DNA from: Candidatus Cryosericum sp.
Lineage (GTDB): Bacteria > Caldisericota > Caldisericia > Cryosericales > Cryosericaceae
Length of the DNA: 18,079 nucleotides
Assembly: GCA_049699855.1 (NCBI GenBank)
Contig: JBNAWM010000017.1
Coordinates: 1-18,079 of the forward strand
Direction of reading: 5' to 3'
Shown here: piece after piece, positions 8,850 through 16,469 of the stretch
Position numbering within the stretch: the first letter of the stretch is position 1
How the letters are laid out: each line of letters starts with the position of its first letter
Position numbers and translations under genes: made by a program
Notes under the pieces: generated by a model
Databases searched by the model: none
Told to the model about the DNA's origin: nothing
The model's input: only the letters and a program-made list of their open reading frames with translations

Positions 8850-10019
8850 ATGGAATTCAACCGCACTAGTCAGACTGTCGAGTTCGTCACCATTGGACAT
8901 CCCGATAAGGTCGCAGACCAGATATCGGATGCGATCCTGGATGATCTGTTGTCAAAGGATCCAGAAAGCCGCGTTGCCTGCGAAACGTTCGTGACTCATG
9001 GACTGGTGATTGTTGGCGGTGAAATCACCACCAGCGGTTACGTGGATGTTGACCATGTCGTTCGGTCAACCGTTGCGGACATTGGCTATGATCATCCGAA
9101 ATATGGGTTCGATGCGCACACCTGTGCTGTGGTCAGCGCAATTGGACGGCAGTCCCCCGATATTGCTCAGGGGGTTGACGTCGGAGGAGCTGGAGATCAG
9201 GGCATTATGTACGGCTACGCAACGGACGAAACGCCAGCCTACATGTCTCTTGCCTACGAGCTCGCACGCAAGCTCACCATGCGCCAGGAAGAGGTGCGTC
9301 GCCAGGGTATCCTGGACTATCTCGGGCCCGATGGAAAGAGCCAGGTCACCCTCGAGTATGATGAGAGCGGGCTGCCAATCCACCTCCACTCGGTCGTTCT
9401 TTCCTCTCAGCACCTGGAGACGGTTCTGGACCCAAGCGATCCCTCGCACATGTCTGAATCGGCACGCAACGAGATCATTGAGACGATTGTTCTGCCCTCG
9501 CTTCCGCCGGAGCTCATCGATGCCAGTACTAAATTCTATGTTAACCCCACCGGAAAGTTCGTGGTCGGGGGGCCGCAATCGGATACCGGCATGACTGGGC
9601 GGAAACTTGGCATCGATACCTATGGCGGGCGCATTCCTCATGGGGGAGGCGCTTTCTCCGGAAAGGACCCCACCAAGGTTGACCGCTCGGCCACCTATCT
9701 CATGCGGTATCTGGCAAAGAACATCGTGGCCGCTGGCATTGCGCGCCGCTGCCTCGTGCAGATAGCCTATATCATCGGTCAGAAAGATCCCACCTCATTC
9801 GAGCTTTCCTTCGAGGGCACCGGAGTCGTCCCTGAATCCGCAGTCCGCGAGGCCCTGGTCAAGAACATCGACATGACCCCTGCTGGTATCATCAAGCTCC
9901 TGGGTCTTCGCAGGCCCATCTATCGCACGACGGCTGAGCATGGGCACTTCGGTCTTCCGGGATTCAGTTGGGAAGAGCTGGGTCTGGTTCAGGATCTCAA
10001 GGGCTGGATCGACGCCTGA
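8850..10019 (+). CDS. metK: S-adenosylmethionine synthetase, 389 aa
   Basis: GHPDKVADQISD, RVACET, QSPDIAQGV, GAGDQG, PDGKSQVT, GGGAFSGKDPTKVDRS. AAAGGAG RBS at 8837-8843 before ATG 8850. Confidence 0.98.
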   Translation: MEFNRTSQTVEFVTIGHPDKVADQISDAILDDLLSKDPESRVACETFVTHGLVIVGGEITTSGYVDVDHVVRSTVADIGYDHPKYGFDAHTCAVVSAIGRQSPDIAQGVDVGGAGDQGIMYGYATDETPAYMSLAYELARKLTMRQEEVRRQGILDYLGPDGKSQVTLEYDESGLPIHLHSVVLSSQHLETVLDPSDPSHMSESARNEIIETIVLPSLPPELIDASTKFYVNPTGKFVVGGPQSDTGMTGRKLGIDTYGGRIPHGGGAFSGKDPTKVDRSATYLMRYLAKNIVAAGIARRCLVQIAYIIGQKDPTSFELSFEGTGVVPESAVREALVKNIDMTPAGIIKLLGLRRPIYRTTAEHGHFGLPGFSWEELGLVQDLKGWIDA

Positions 10020-10022
10020 TTC

Positions 10023-12101
10023 GTGATTGGCAGTTTCATTGTCCTGACACAGCGGGGTCCTTTTTCGCGTACCCTGCTGTCGTACGACCTGAGTTCGGTT
10101 GCTGATCAGCCTCAGGTTGGCAGCTGGTTTCTTGTGCCTTTCGCCCATGAACCTGCGCCAGGACTGCTGGTGGAATTGCCTCAGTCCGATCTAGTGAGCG
10201 CCGCTTCGGCGACCGTGCTTCCGGCCTTGTCGTTATTTAATGCACCTGGCATCTATCCCAACCTTGGTGCAAGCGTCACCGCTCTCTGGAGATCGCTGGA
10301 GCGCCAGCTGCTTGGCTGGGATGATGCTCTTGCAGCAGTGCGATTTCTGCAGACATCCCAGGCCCGCAACCACCAACGGGCACGTTTTGTCACCTCCGAC
10401 CTGACAAGACTTCTGGACCAGCTCCAACTGGTTGCCGGGCAGGATCCCTCATTTGCACGCCACAGTGATGCAGCGCGCACGGTCCTCCTCGAGTATGCGT
10501 CAGGACTTCCACTGCAAAAGGCGCTCCTCAAGATATCAACAGCTGAACGCCGCCTGATGTTTGACCAGGGACTGCTGGTCGATGCCGAGACTGCCGACAG
10601 CCTGCTGGTCCCGCGCCATCTCCCGCTGCCATCAGCAGGGAACGATGAACTCATCGTTGGAGCCTTTGGCGAGCGTGCCAAACAGTTTGCCGCTGCCATG
10701 GCTCAGACCACTTCGGCAGGTGGAAGCGCCGCCCTCATCGTGAGTTCAGATGTTCTGGCCGACCAGTACCAGCAGCTCCTTCAGGAGCAATACCATCTTC
10801 CTGTCATCCGATGGCCCTCCGTCTCGGGCAAGCACCTGCCCGCTCAGCGCCCACCCTCGGTCTGGCTGAGTACGCGACAGTTTTCGTCCGTCATCCTTCC
10901 CGAGGTCTCGCTGACCGCAATCGATCTTGGAATCCCGGGAGAGTGGCCTTTTTTCTGGGAACGATTCTCAATGCGAAGTCTTGTTGCCATTGTGCGCGAC
11001 TTCAGCAGAGCTCAAGGCATGCCATGTATGATCGGCACCACTGTTCCAACGCTCTCTGTGCTCGATGTCTGCGGTCTGACAGCCGACTCCGACGAAGCAG
11101 GCGGTCACAACGAGGGCAGAGCGAAGTTTGTCGTACGCACCCAGAGCGCCACGCAGCAAGCGCCCGTGACATCTGGAATACTCCTGAAGCCAACCTTGAC
11201 CGCACTTCGTGCTACCTACGAGCTGGGTCGCACTGCCCTGCTGCTCCTGAACATTCGCGGTCTGGCAACCGTCATCGAGTGCGCCGAATGCGGCTACACA
11301 GCGACTTGTCCGATCTGTGGAACGACGCTCACGCTCAGTGGCGACCGAACACGACTCTATTGCAAGCAGTGCGGCTATTCGGAGAGTCCCCCTGATGTCT
11401 GCCCGAACTGCCATGGAACGCAGCTGCGATCGCGCGGATATGGTCTGGATCGGCTCGCCCGCGAACTCCAGCGCACGTTCCCCGTCAACTCGATCGAGAT
11501 TCTCAGAACTGAGGATGAAAAGGCTCCCGTGACCGTCGGAACTGCTCGCTTGTACCTGGGAACATATGCAGATGTCCAGCGGATTTCCACCTTGAGCCCC
11601 GACTTGGTTGTTTTTCCCGATGTGAGCGTCGGCCTGCGACATCCGGTGTTCGATAACGTCGAACAGCTGGCCGCTGTCGTCCGCGGCGCGGTGCGGGAGG
11701 CTGGCCACGGCGGTGTTGTTGTTCAGCTTGATCGTCGGTCGCTCGGGTTGCAGGAGGCCCTTGATGGGCAGTACCCGTTCTCCTCATTCCTCAAGAAGGA
11801 GGCCCTTGAGAGGCAGGGGCTGCTTATGCCACCATTCGCCCGGCAGTTCAGCATTCGTGTTCCATGGCGCGGCGATGCACAGGGTGCCGAAGAGATCGCG
11901 TCACTTTTGCGGGAGGCCCTGCGCACTGAAGACGTTACAGCGCTGGGACTGCATGCTGACGTGCTGAGCGTATCTCCCCGGTCAAAGATTCTGTCTCTCG
12001 AATTTCGAGCAGATATAGCTGAGCCAGCACTTGAATTGCGCGTGAACGCTTCTCTTCGTCACACTAAGCTCTTCCAGAACGCTCTCATTCGCATATACTG
12101 A
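10023..12101 (+). CDS. priA: Primosomal protein N' (PriA) with degenerate helicase motifs
   Basis: PriA cysteine-rich region CxxC-x5-CxxC-x14-CxxC-x9-CxxC (11280-11411), preceded by LLLLNIRG and followed by GYG.DR...EL...FP. C-terminal ER....MPPF. Lies in the conserved metK-priA-def-fmt order. Confidence 0.88.
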   Translation: MIGSFIVLTQRGPFSRTLLSYDLSSVADQPQVGSWFLVPFAHEPAPGLLVELPQSDLVSAASATVLPALSLFNAPGIYPNLGASVTALWRSLERQLLGWDDALAAVRFLQTSQARNHQRARFVTSDLTRLLDQLQLVAGQDPSFARHSDAARTVLLEYASGLPLQKALLKISTAERRLMFDQGLLVDAETADSLLVPRHLPLPSAGNDELIVGAFGERAKQFAAAMAQTTSAGGSAALIVSSDVLADQYQQLLQEQYHLPVIRWPSVSGKHLPAQRPPSVWLSTRQFSSVILPEVSLTAIDLGIPGEWPFFWERFSMRSLVAIVRDFSRAQGMPCMIGTTVPTLSVLDVCGLTADSDEAGGHNEGRAKFVVRTQSATQQAPVTSGILLKPTLTALRATYELGRTALLLLNIRGLATVIECAECGYTATCPICGTTLTLSGDRTRLYCKQCGYSESPPDVCPNCHGTQLRSRGYGLDRLARELQRTFPVNSIEILRTEDEKAPVTVGTARLYLGTYADVQRISTLSPDLVVFPDVSVGLRHPVFDNVEQLAAVVRGAVREAGHGGVVVQLDRRSLGLQEALDGQYPFSSFLKKEALERQGLLMPPFARQFSIRVPWRGDAQGAEEIASLLREALRTEDVTALGLHADVLSVSPRSKILSLEFRADIAEPALELRVNASLRHTKLFQNALIRIY

Positions 12102-12105
12102 TGCT

Positions 12106-12615
12106 ATGAAAATTGTAGTCATTGGCAGTCCTGTTCTGCGCAAGAAAGCAAAACCGATTCGCAAGGTCACCAGCGATCTTGTTCATCTGGCATCGTCCAT
12201 GGAAGAGTTCATGAAGCCCACCGGAGTCGGGCTCGCTGCCCCGCAGATAGGCATCAGTGAAGCATTCTTTATCTATGATATTGGTGAGGGACTCCACCTG
12301 GTCGTCAATCCGCAGATCCTTGAACGCAAGGGTTCAGCCGTTGCCGAGGAGGGGTGTCTCAGTATTCCGGGGGTCTACGCCCCCATCGAGAGGCCCGACC
12401 AGATTACGCTGTCGTACCTTGACCACACTGGAAAGAGGCGCGTCCGCAAATTCACCGACTTTGAAGCGCGCGTCATCCAGCATGAGTACGACCACCTCCA
12501 GGGGACGCTGTTCGTGGACCTGATCACTGATCCCTCGACCATTTCTCTCCAGGAGGGAAGTCCTGTAGCAGATGCTCTCACCCAGGCTATGGGAGAGAAG
12601 GCACAGCAGTTGTAA
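12106..12615 (+). CDS. def: Peptide deformylase
   Basis: All three motifs are present: GVGLAAPQIG, EGCLS, QHEYDHLQG. Confidence 0.98.
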   Translation: MKIVVIGSPVLRKKAKPIRKVTSDLVHLASSMEEFMKPTGVGLAAPQIGISEAFFIYDIGEGLHLVVNPQILERKGSAVAEEGCLSIPGVYAPIERPDQITLSYLDHTGKRRVRKFTDFEARVIQHEYDHLQGTLFVDLITDPSTISLQEGSPVADALTQAMGEKAQQL

Positions 12616-12617
12616 CC

Positions 12618-13586
12618 ATGGCATCCGAAACGCCGCGCGTTGCTCTTTTCGGATCCTCGGCAATCTCAGTCCCCGTCTTTGAAGCCATCCGGCAACGCTG
12701 CACGGTTCCCATTGCAGTCATCTCCGAGGAGCCACGTGTTCGTCACGGCCGGGAACTCACCAACCCGGTGCAGGTCTGGGCTCAGTCCCATGCCATCCCT
12801 GTGTTCAATGGCGCGCTGACACCCAATCCCGCACTCGTTGCACTCCTCAGCCAGGCTGAGATCGACATCCTCTTTCTGCTTGCCTACGGACGACTGCTTC
12901 CCAGTGATGTGCTCAACGTTCCCCTTCACGGATCCATCAACCTTCACCCATCTCCACTGCCTTGGTACCGTGGAGCTGCACCGATCGAGAGACAGATCAT
13001 GGACGGACGCACGAAGTCGGCTGTCAGCATCATCCGCATGAATGCGCTTTTGGACCGGGGGGAGCTTCTGGCACAACAGCCCTTCGACATCCACCCAACT
13101 GACTACCGCCCAGACGTCGAAGCCTCTATTGTGCGGGTGGGAGTCCCCCTTGTCCTGGACGTCTTTGGGCAGTTGATGGCGGGCACGATCGTTCCCCTTC
13201 CGCAATCGGGTGAAGGTTCCTACGCACGCAAGGTGAAGACTGGCGAGGAGATCATCGACTGGTCCCTGCCCACCGCCCGCGTCTACAATCTGATCCGAGC
13301 ACTTGCCCCCGACCCGGGAGCATCAACATTTCAGGGAGCCGCCCGCATCAAGATCCTTCGGGCCTCGCCACTATCTCCACCCGCATCGCTCCCACCCTCG
13401 GCACCTCCCGGTCAGCTGATCGCCTTGGATCGGAAAAGAGCCGCCGTGCGCTGCGGCGATGGTTGGCTCGAACCTCTTCAGCTCCAATTTCCCGGGAAAG
13501 CCCCCGCCTCGACGCTCGACCTTCTCAACGGTCGCCGTCTTCAACCTGGAACGATTTTTGCTGAACCGTCTGCCTCCCTCCCCTGA
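12618..13586 (+). CDS. fmt: Methionyl-tRNA formyltransferase
   Basis: AYGRLLP, INLHPSPLPWYRGAAPI, LDRG, SYARK...IDW, IRALAPDPGA, C-terminal LQFPGK. Directly follows def. Confidence 0.95.
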   Translation: MASETPRVALFGSSAISVPVFEAIRQRCTVPIAVISEEPRVRHGRELTNPVQVWAQSHAIPVFNGALTPNPALVALLSQAEIDILFLLAYGRLLPSDVLNVPLHGSINLHPSPLPWYRGAAPIERQIMDGRTKSAVSIIRMNALLDRGELLAQQPFDIHPTDYRPDVEASIVRVGVPLVLDVFGQLMAGTIVPLPQSGEGSYARKVKTGEEIIDWSLPTARVYNLIRALAPDPGASTFQGAARIKILRASPLSPPASLPPSAPPGQLIALDRKRAAVRCGDGWLEPLQLQFPGKAPASTLDLLNGRRLQPGTIFAEPSASLP

Positions 13587-13605
13587 GCTGTTGTACACTG
13601 CCGAG

Positions 13606-13614
13606 TTATCCACA
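13606..13614 (+). promoter_or_regulatory. Perfect DnaA box (TTATCCACA)
   Basis: Exact 9-mer match to the R1/R4-type consensus in intergenic DNA, flanked by a CTGCC/GGCAG inverted repeat (13598-13602 and 13615-13619). Function not established. Confidence 0.45.
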
Positions 13615-13624
13615 GGCAGCCGCA

Positions 13625-13652
13625 ACTTCCGCAAAGATTGATTTGCGGTAGT
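13625..13652. other. Candidate dif-like tyrosine-recombinase site (11-bp arm, 6-bp spacer, 11-bp arm)
   Basis: ACTTCCGCAAA-GATTGA-TTTGCGGTAGT. The arms are inverted repeats at 10/11 positions, with the inner AA/TT seen in dif sites. Lies about 250 bp downstream of the tyrosine recombinase stop. Confidence 0.55.
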
Positions 13653-13900
13653 CTAAACAGACTGTCACACGGGGTACTTTTGATCTCTACCAATGAGTGT
13701 CCCAGAGGGAAGACACAGGGGAGGCAAAACGGATTCAGGGTACACAGCCCGTTGGTGATGACCTGCCCGCTTGGAACGAGGCAGAACAGAAATGGCGAAA
13801 GAGGGGGGATTTTGATGATCTGTTGTGTATGGATACGGTCCATGGATTGAAATCTCTTCTGAGTGGCACTTTTTGAGGAGATGGCACTAATGAGCCGAAA

Positions 13901-14836
13901 TCAGATCTTGATCGTGTCCTCGGCAGCGTGTTCCAGGCGATCGGTGGTGTGCACATAGATCTGGGTTGTTGTAATGTTCTGGTGCCGGAGCGTATCGCGC
14001 ACCTGTTCGATGGTTGCTCCGTTCTGAAGAGCCATGGTGGCAAAGGTATGACGCAGAGAGTGCGCAGAAATGCGCGAGGAATACAGCCCGATGCCGAGGA
14101 GCTTCTGCTTGACTTCAAGGCGCAGGGTTCTGGTGGTGATGCGCTTGTCCTTGTTGTTGTTGCTGTGGGATACAAAGAGAGGAGCGCGCGGATCGGTACA
14201 ATGCCGCGCTGCAAGGTACCGCGTGATCGGCTCATACGCCTCGCGTGTCAGCACAACAAAATCATCCTTGGCGTCTTTCCCCTTGCTGCGCACATAAAGG
14301 AGCGTTGCATTTGAGGTCTGGCGAATGTCGCCAACGTTGGACCCCACAACCTCCATTGTCCGAAGCCCAGTGCGAAGCATGAGATTGATCATGGCAAAGT
14401 CGCGCAGGCCGATGATCGTTGATGTGTCAATAGAGTTCAACAGATCACGCGCCTGCTGCAGGGTCAGAGGATCCCGGTTGAACCCGTAGGAACGCTTGAA
14501 GCCCTTCAAGCCAGCGGAGACGTCAGGATAAACCCGGTTGGACTCCAGATACTTGAAGAACTGACGAACAGCCGTCAAGTACAGATTCCCAGTCCTTGGA
14601 GACAACCCTACTGCGAGCAGATGGCTCTTGTATTGGACAATGTCGGTCTTCGTGAGGTAGCCCGTTCCGCCAGCTGCCTCACGAAGACGAAGGAACTCCT
14701 TGAATCGCTTCAAGGCCCTGCGATACACTACTTTGCTGGTGCCCCCAACGTCCTGCGCCAGCAGAAAACTCTCGATCAGCTGATCAAGATTCGCCGCCAG
14801 CGTACCCGCAGAAGGTCGCGGCGCGAGCTCTCTCAC
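13901..14836 (-). CDS. Tyrosine recombinase (XerC/XerD/integrase family), 311 aa
   Basis: Complete catalytic set: RDFAM..LM..TGLR (R), SKGK (K), HSLRHTFAT (HxxR), LRH...TTQIY (H, Y), plus an N-terminal core-binding (SAM-like) region. The GTG start overlaps the upstream TGA (GTGA). Confidence 0.95.
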   Translation of the reverse strand: MRELAPRPSAGTLAANLDQLIESFLLAQDVGGTSKVVYRRALKRFKEFLRLREAAGGTGYLTKTDIVQYKSHLLAVGLSPRTGNLYLTAVRQFFKYLESNRVYPDVSAGLKGFKRSYGFNRDPLTLQQARDLLNSIDTSTIIGLRDFAMINLMLRTGLRTMEVVGSNVGDIRQTSNATLLYVRSKGKDAKDDFVVLTREAYEPITRYLAARHCTDPRAPLFVSHSNNNKDKRITTRTLRLEVKQKLLGIGLYSSRISAHSLRHTFATMALQNGATIEQVRDTLRHQNITTTQIYVHTTDRLEHAAEDTIKI

Positions 14837-15177
14837 TTTTCTGTCGACGGATCGGCGTCGGATGCTCCGGTATCCATGATGATGCCTGCGTTGCGGGCAG
14901 CCTCTTCCTTAATCATGGAGATATCCCATGGGGGATCGAAGACGAGATCCACATGAACATTTCCCACCCCAGGGATGGTCCGGATCGCCTGTTCGGTCTG
15001 TTCCACCAGATAACTGCTCATAGGGCACTGTGGAGCGGTCATTGTCATGCGAACCATGACGCTGTCATCACTGCCGATCTGCACCTCATAGATGAGTCCC
15101 AGATCAACCACGTTGATCGGAATCTCTGGATCATAGACGGTTGTCAAAACGTCCAAAACCTGCTCTTTTGTCACCAT
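14833..15177 (-). CDS. DUF59 / SufT-PaaD-like metal-sulfur cluster assembly factor
   Basis: VYDPEIPINVVDLGLIY, MTMTAPQCPM, VDLVFDPPW. GGAGG RBS (plus-strand cctcc 15185-15189). Confidence 0.93.
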   Translation of the reverse strand: MVTKEQVLDVLTTVYDPEIPINVVDLGLIYEVQIGSDDSVMVRMTMTAPQCPMSSYLVEQTEQAIRTIPGVGNVHVDLVFDPPWDISMIKEEAARNAGIIMDTGASDADPSTEK

Positions 15178-15179
15178 TG

Positions 15180-16457
15180 TCAGACCTCCGTTTGATTGGC
15201 TCGCGTTACGTGAGCGCCAAGCTGTGCAAGCTTCGTCTCCAGCCCCTCGTAGCCACGGTCTATATGATAGATGGATTTCACTGTTGTCGTTCCTCGGGCT
15301 GCCAGCCCCGCCAGTACCAATGCAGCACCGCCCCGCAGATCCTTTGCCTGGACGATCGCCGAGTTCAAGAACTCGACACCTTCAATAATGGCTGTCTCCT
15401 CAGCCACCTTGATATGAGCACCCATACGCTCTAATTCAAGGATCGCACCAAACCTGTTCTCAAAAATGCTTTCTACAACGACAGAGTTTCCACGCGCAAG
15501 CGTCAGGTACGCCGTCATCTGCGGCTGAGCATCGGTCGGATAGCCCGGAAACGTCAGAGTACGGATATCTGTCGAGTGGTAGTCGTGAACACCCTTGACA
15601 ACGATGGCATCATCGCCCTCCACCTCGATGATGGCACCCGTTTCACGCAGCTTCGCAATGATCGACCAAACGTGCCGTGCGTCGACACCGGAGATCGTCG
15701 TCTCACCCTGGGTGATGGCGGTCGCCACCATCAGTGTTGACGCTTCAATCCGGTCGCCGATGATACGATGTGATGCTCCATGAAGCTGGCTCACTCCCTC
15801 AATGCGAAACCCAAAGGGGAAGACCGGCACAATACGAGCGCCAGCCTTGTTGAGAAACGAGATCAAATCGTAGACTTCTGGCTCCTGGGCAGCATTGAAG
15901 ATGCGCGTCGTGCCCTCCGCAAGTGCTGCAGCCATGAGCAGGTTTTCGGTGGCACCGACACTGGGGAAGTCCAGGTATACATCGCATGCTTTCAGAGCCG
16001 CTGCCTGTCCAACAAGGTACCCCTCTTTCCATTCGAACTGCGTCCCCATGGCTCGGAGCCCCTTGATGTGGAGATCGATGGGGCGGGCGCCAATGCTGCA
16101 TCCGCCCAGCGACGGGAGCATTGCCGTATGCTCGCGCGCCAGAAGAGCCCCGACCAGCGTCTGCGTCCCACGCAGGCTGTACCCGTTGGTGTTCTCGACG
16201 CGTGTCGCTATCGGACCCCTGCTATCCAGAACCAGCTCGCCGTCTGCGAATGAAACGACTTCCACCCCCATCGCCTGAATCAGCGTGAGAAGCGAACGCA
16301 GGTCGCTGATGTCGGGCACATTCTGGAAACTCACGACGTCACGGACCGCAATGGCGGCAGCGACAAGCGGCAGTATGGAGTTTTTGGCGCCACTGCAGCG
16401 GACCGAACCGTGAAGCGCGTTTCCCCCCTCAATAAGAAAGCTCTCTTGGTTGGTCAT
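15180..16457 (-). CDS. murA: UDP-N-acetylglucosamine 1-carboxyvinyltransferase
   Basis: SGAKNS, GGCSIGARPIDLH (catalytic Cys present), SVGATEN, NAAQEPEV, DRIEA, PGYPTDAQ, FENRF, DLRGGAAL, HIDRGYE. Confidence 0.98.
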   Translation of the reverse strand: MTNQESFLIEGGNALHGSVRCSGAKNSILPLVAAAIAVRDVVSFQNVPDISDLRSLLTLIQAMGVEVVSFADGELVLDSRGPIATRVENTNGYSLRGTQTLVGALLAREHTAMLPSLGGCSIGARPIDLHIKGLRAMGTQFEWKEGYLVGQAAALKACDVYLDFPSVGATENLLMAAALAEGTTRIFNAAQEPEVYDLISFLNKAGARIVPVFPFGFRIEGVSQLHGASHRIIGDRIEASTLMVATAITQGETTISGVDARHVWSIIAKLRETGAIIEVEGDDAIVVKGVHDYHSTDIRTLTFPGYPTDAQPQMTAYLTLARGNSVVVESIFENRFGAILELERMGAHIKVAEETAIIEGVEFLNSAIVQAKDLRGGAALVLAGLAARGTTTVKSIYHIDRGYEGLETKLAQLGAHVTRANQTEV

Positions 16458-16469
16458 TTCTTTTCCCCC

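Noticed and set aside
13576..13583. KOPS-like GGGGAGGG on the minus strand near the dif-like site
   Set aside because: A single copy inside the fmt coding end, pointing away from the site. It gives no support.
13541..13850. Small ORFs spanning the intergenic region (13541-13843 minus, 13638-13850 plus)
   Set aside because: No recognisable motifs or convincing RBS, and atypical composition. Likely chance ORFs.
13587..14836. Integron, prophage or CRISPR associated with the recombinase
   Set aside because: No IntI-specific insertion, no cassette array, no phage or cas genes and no regularly spaced repeats.
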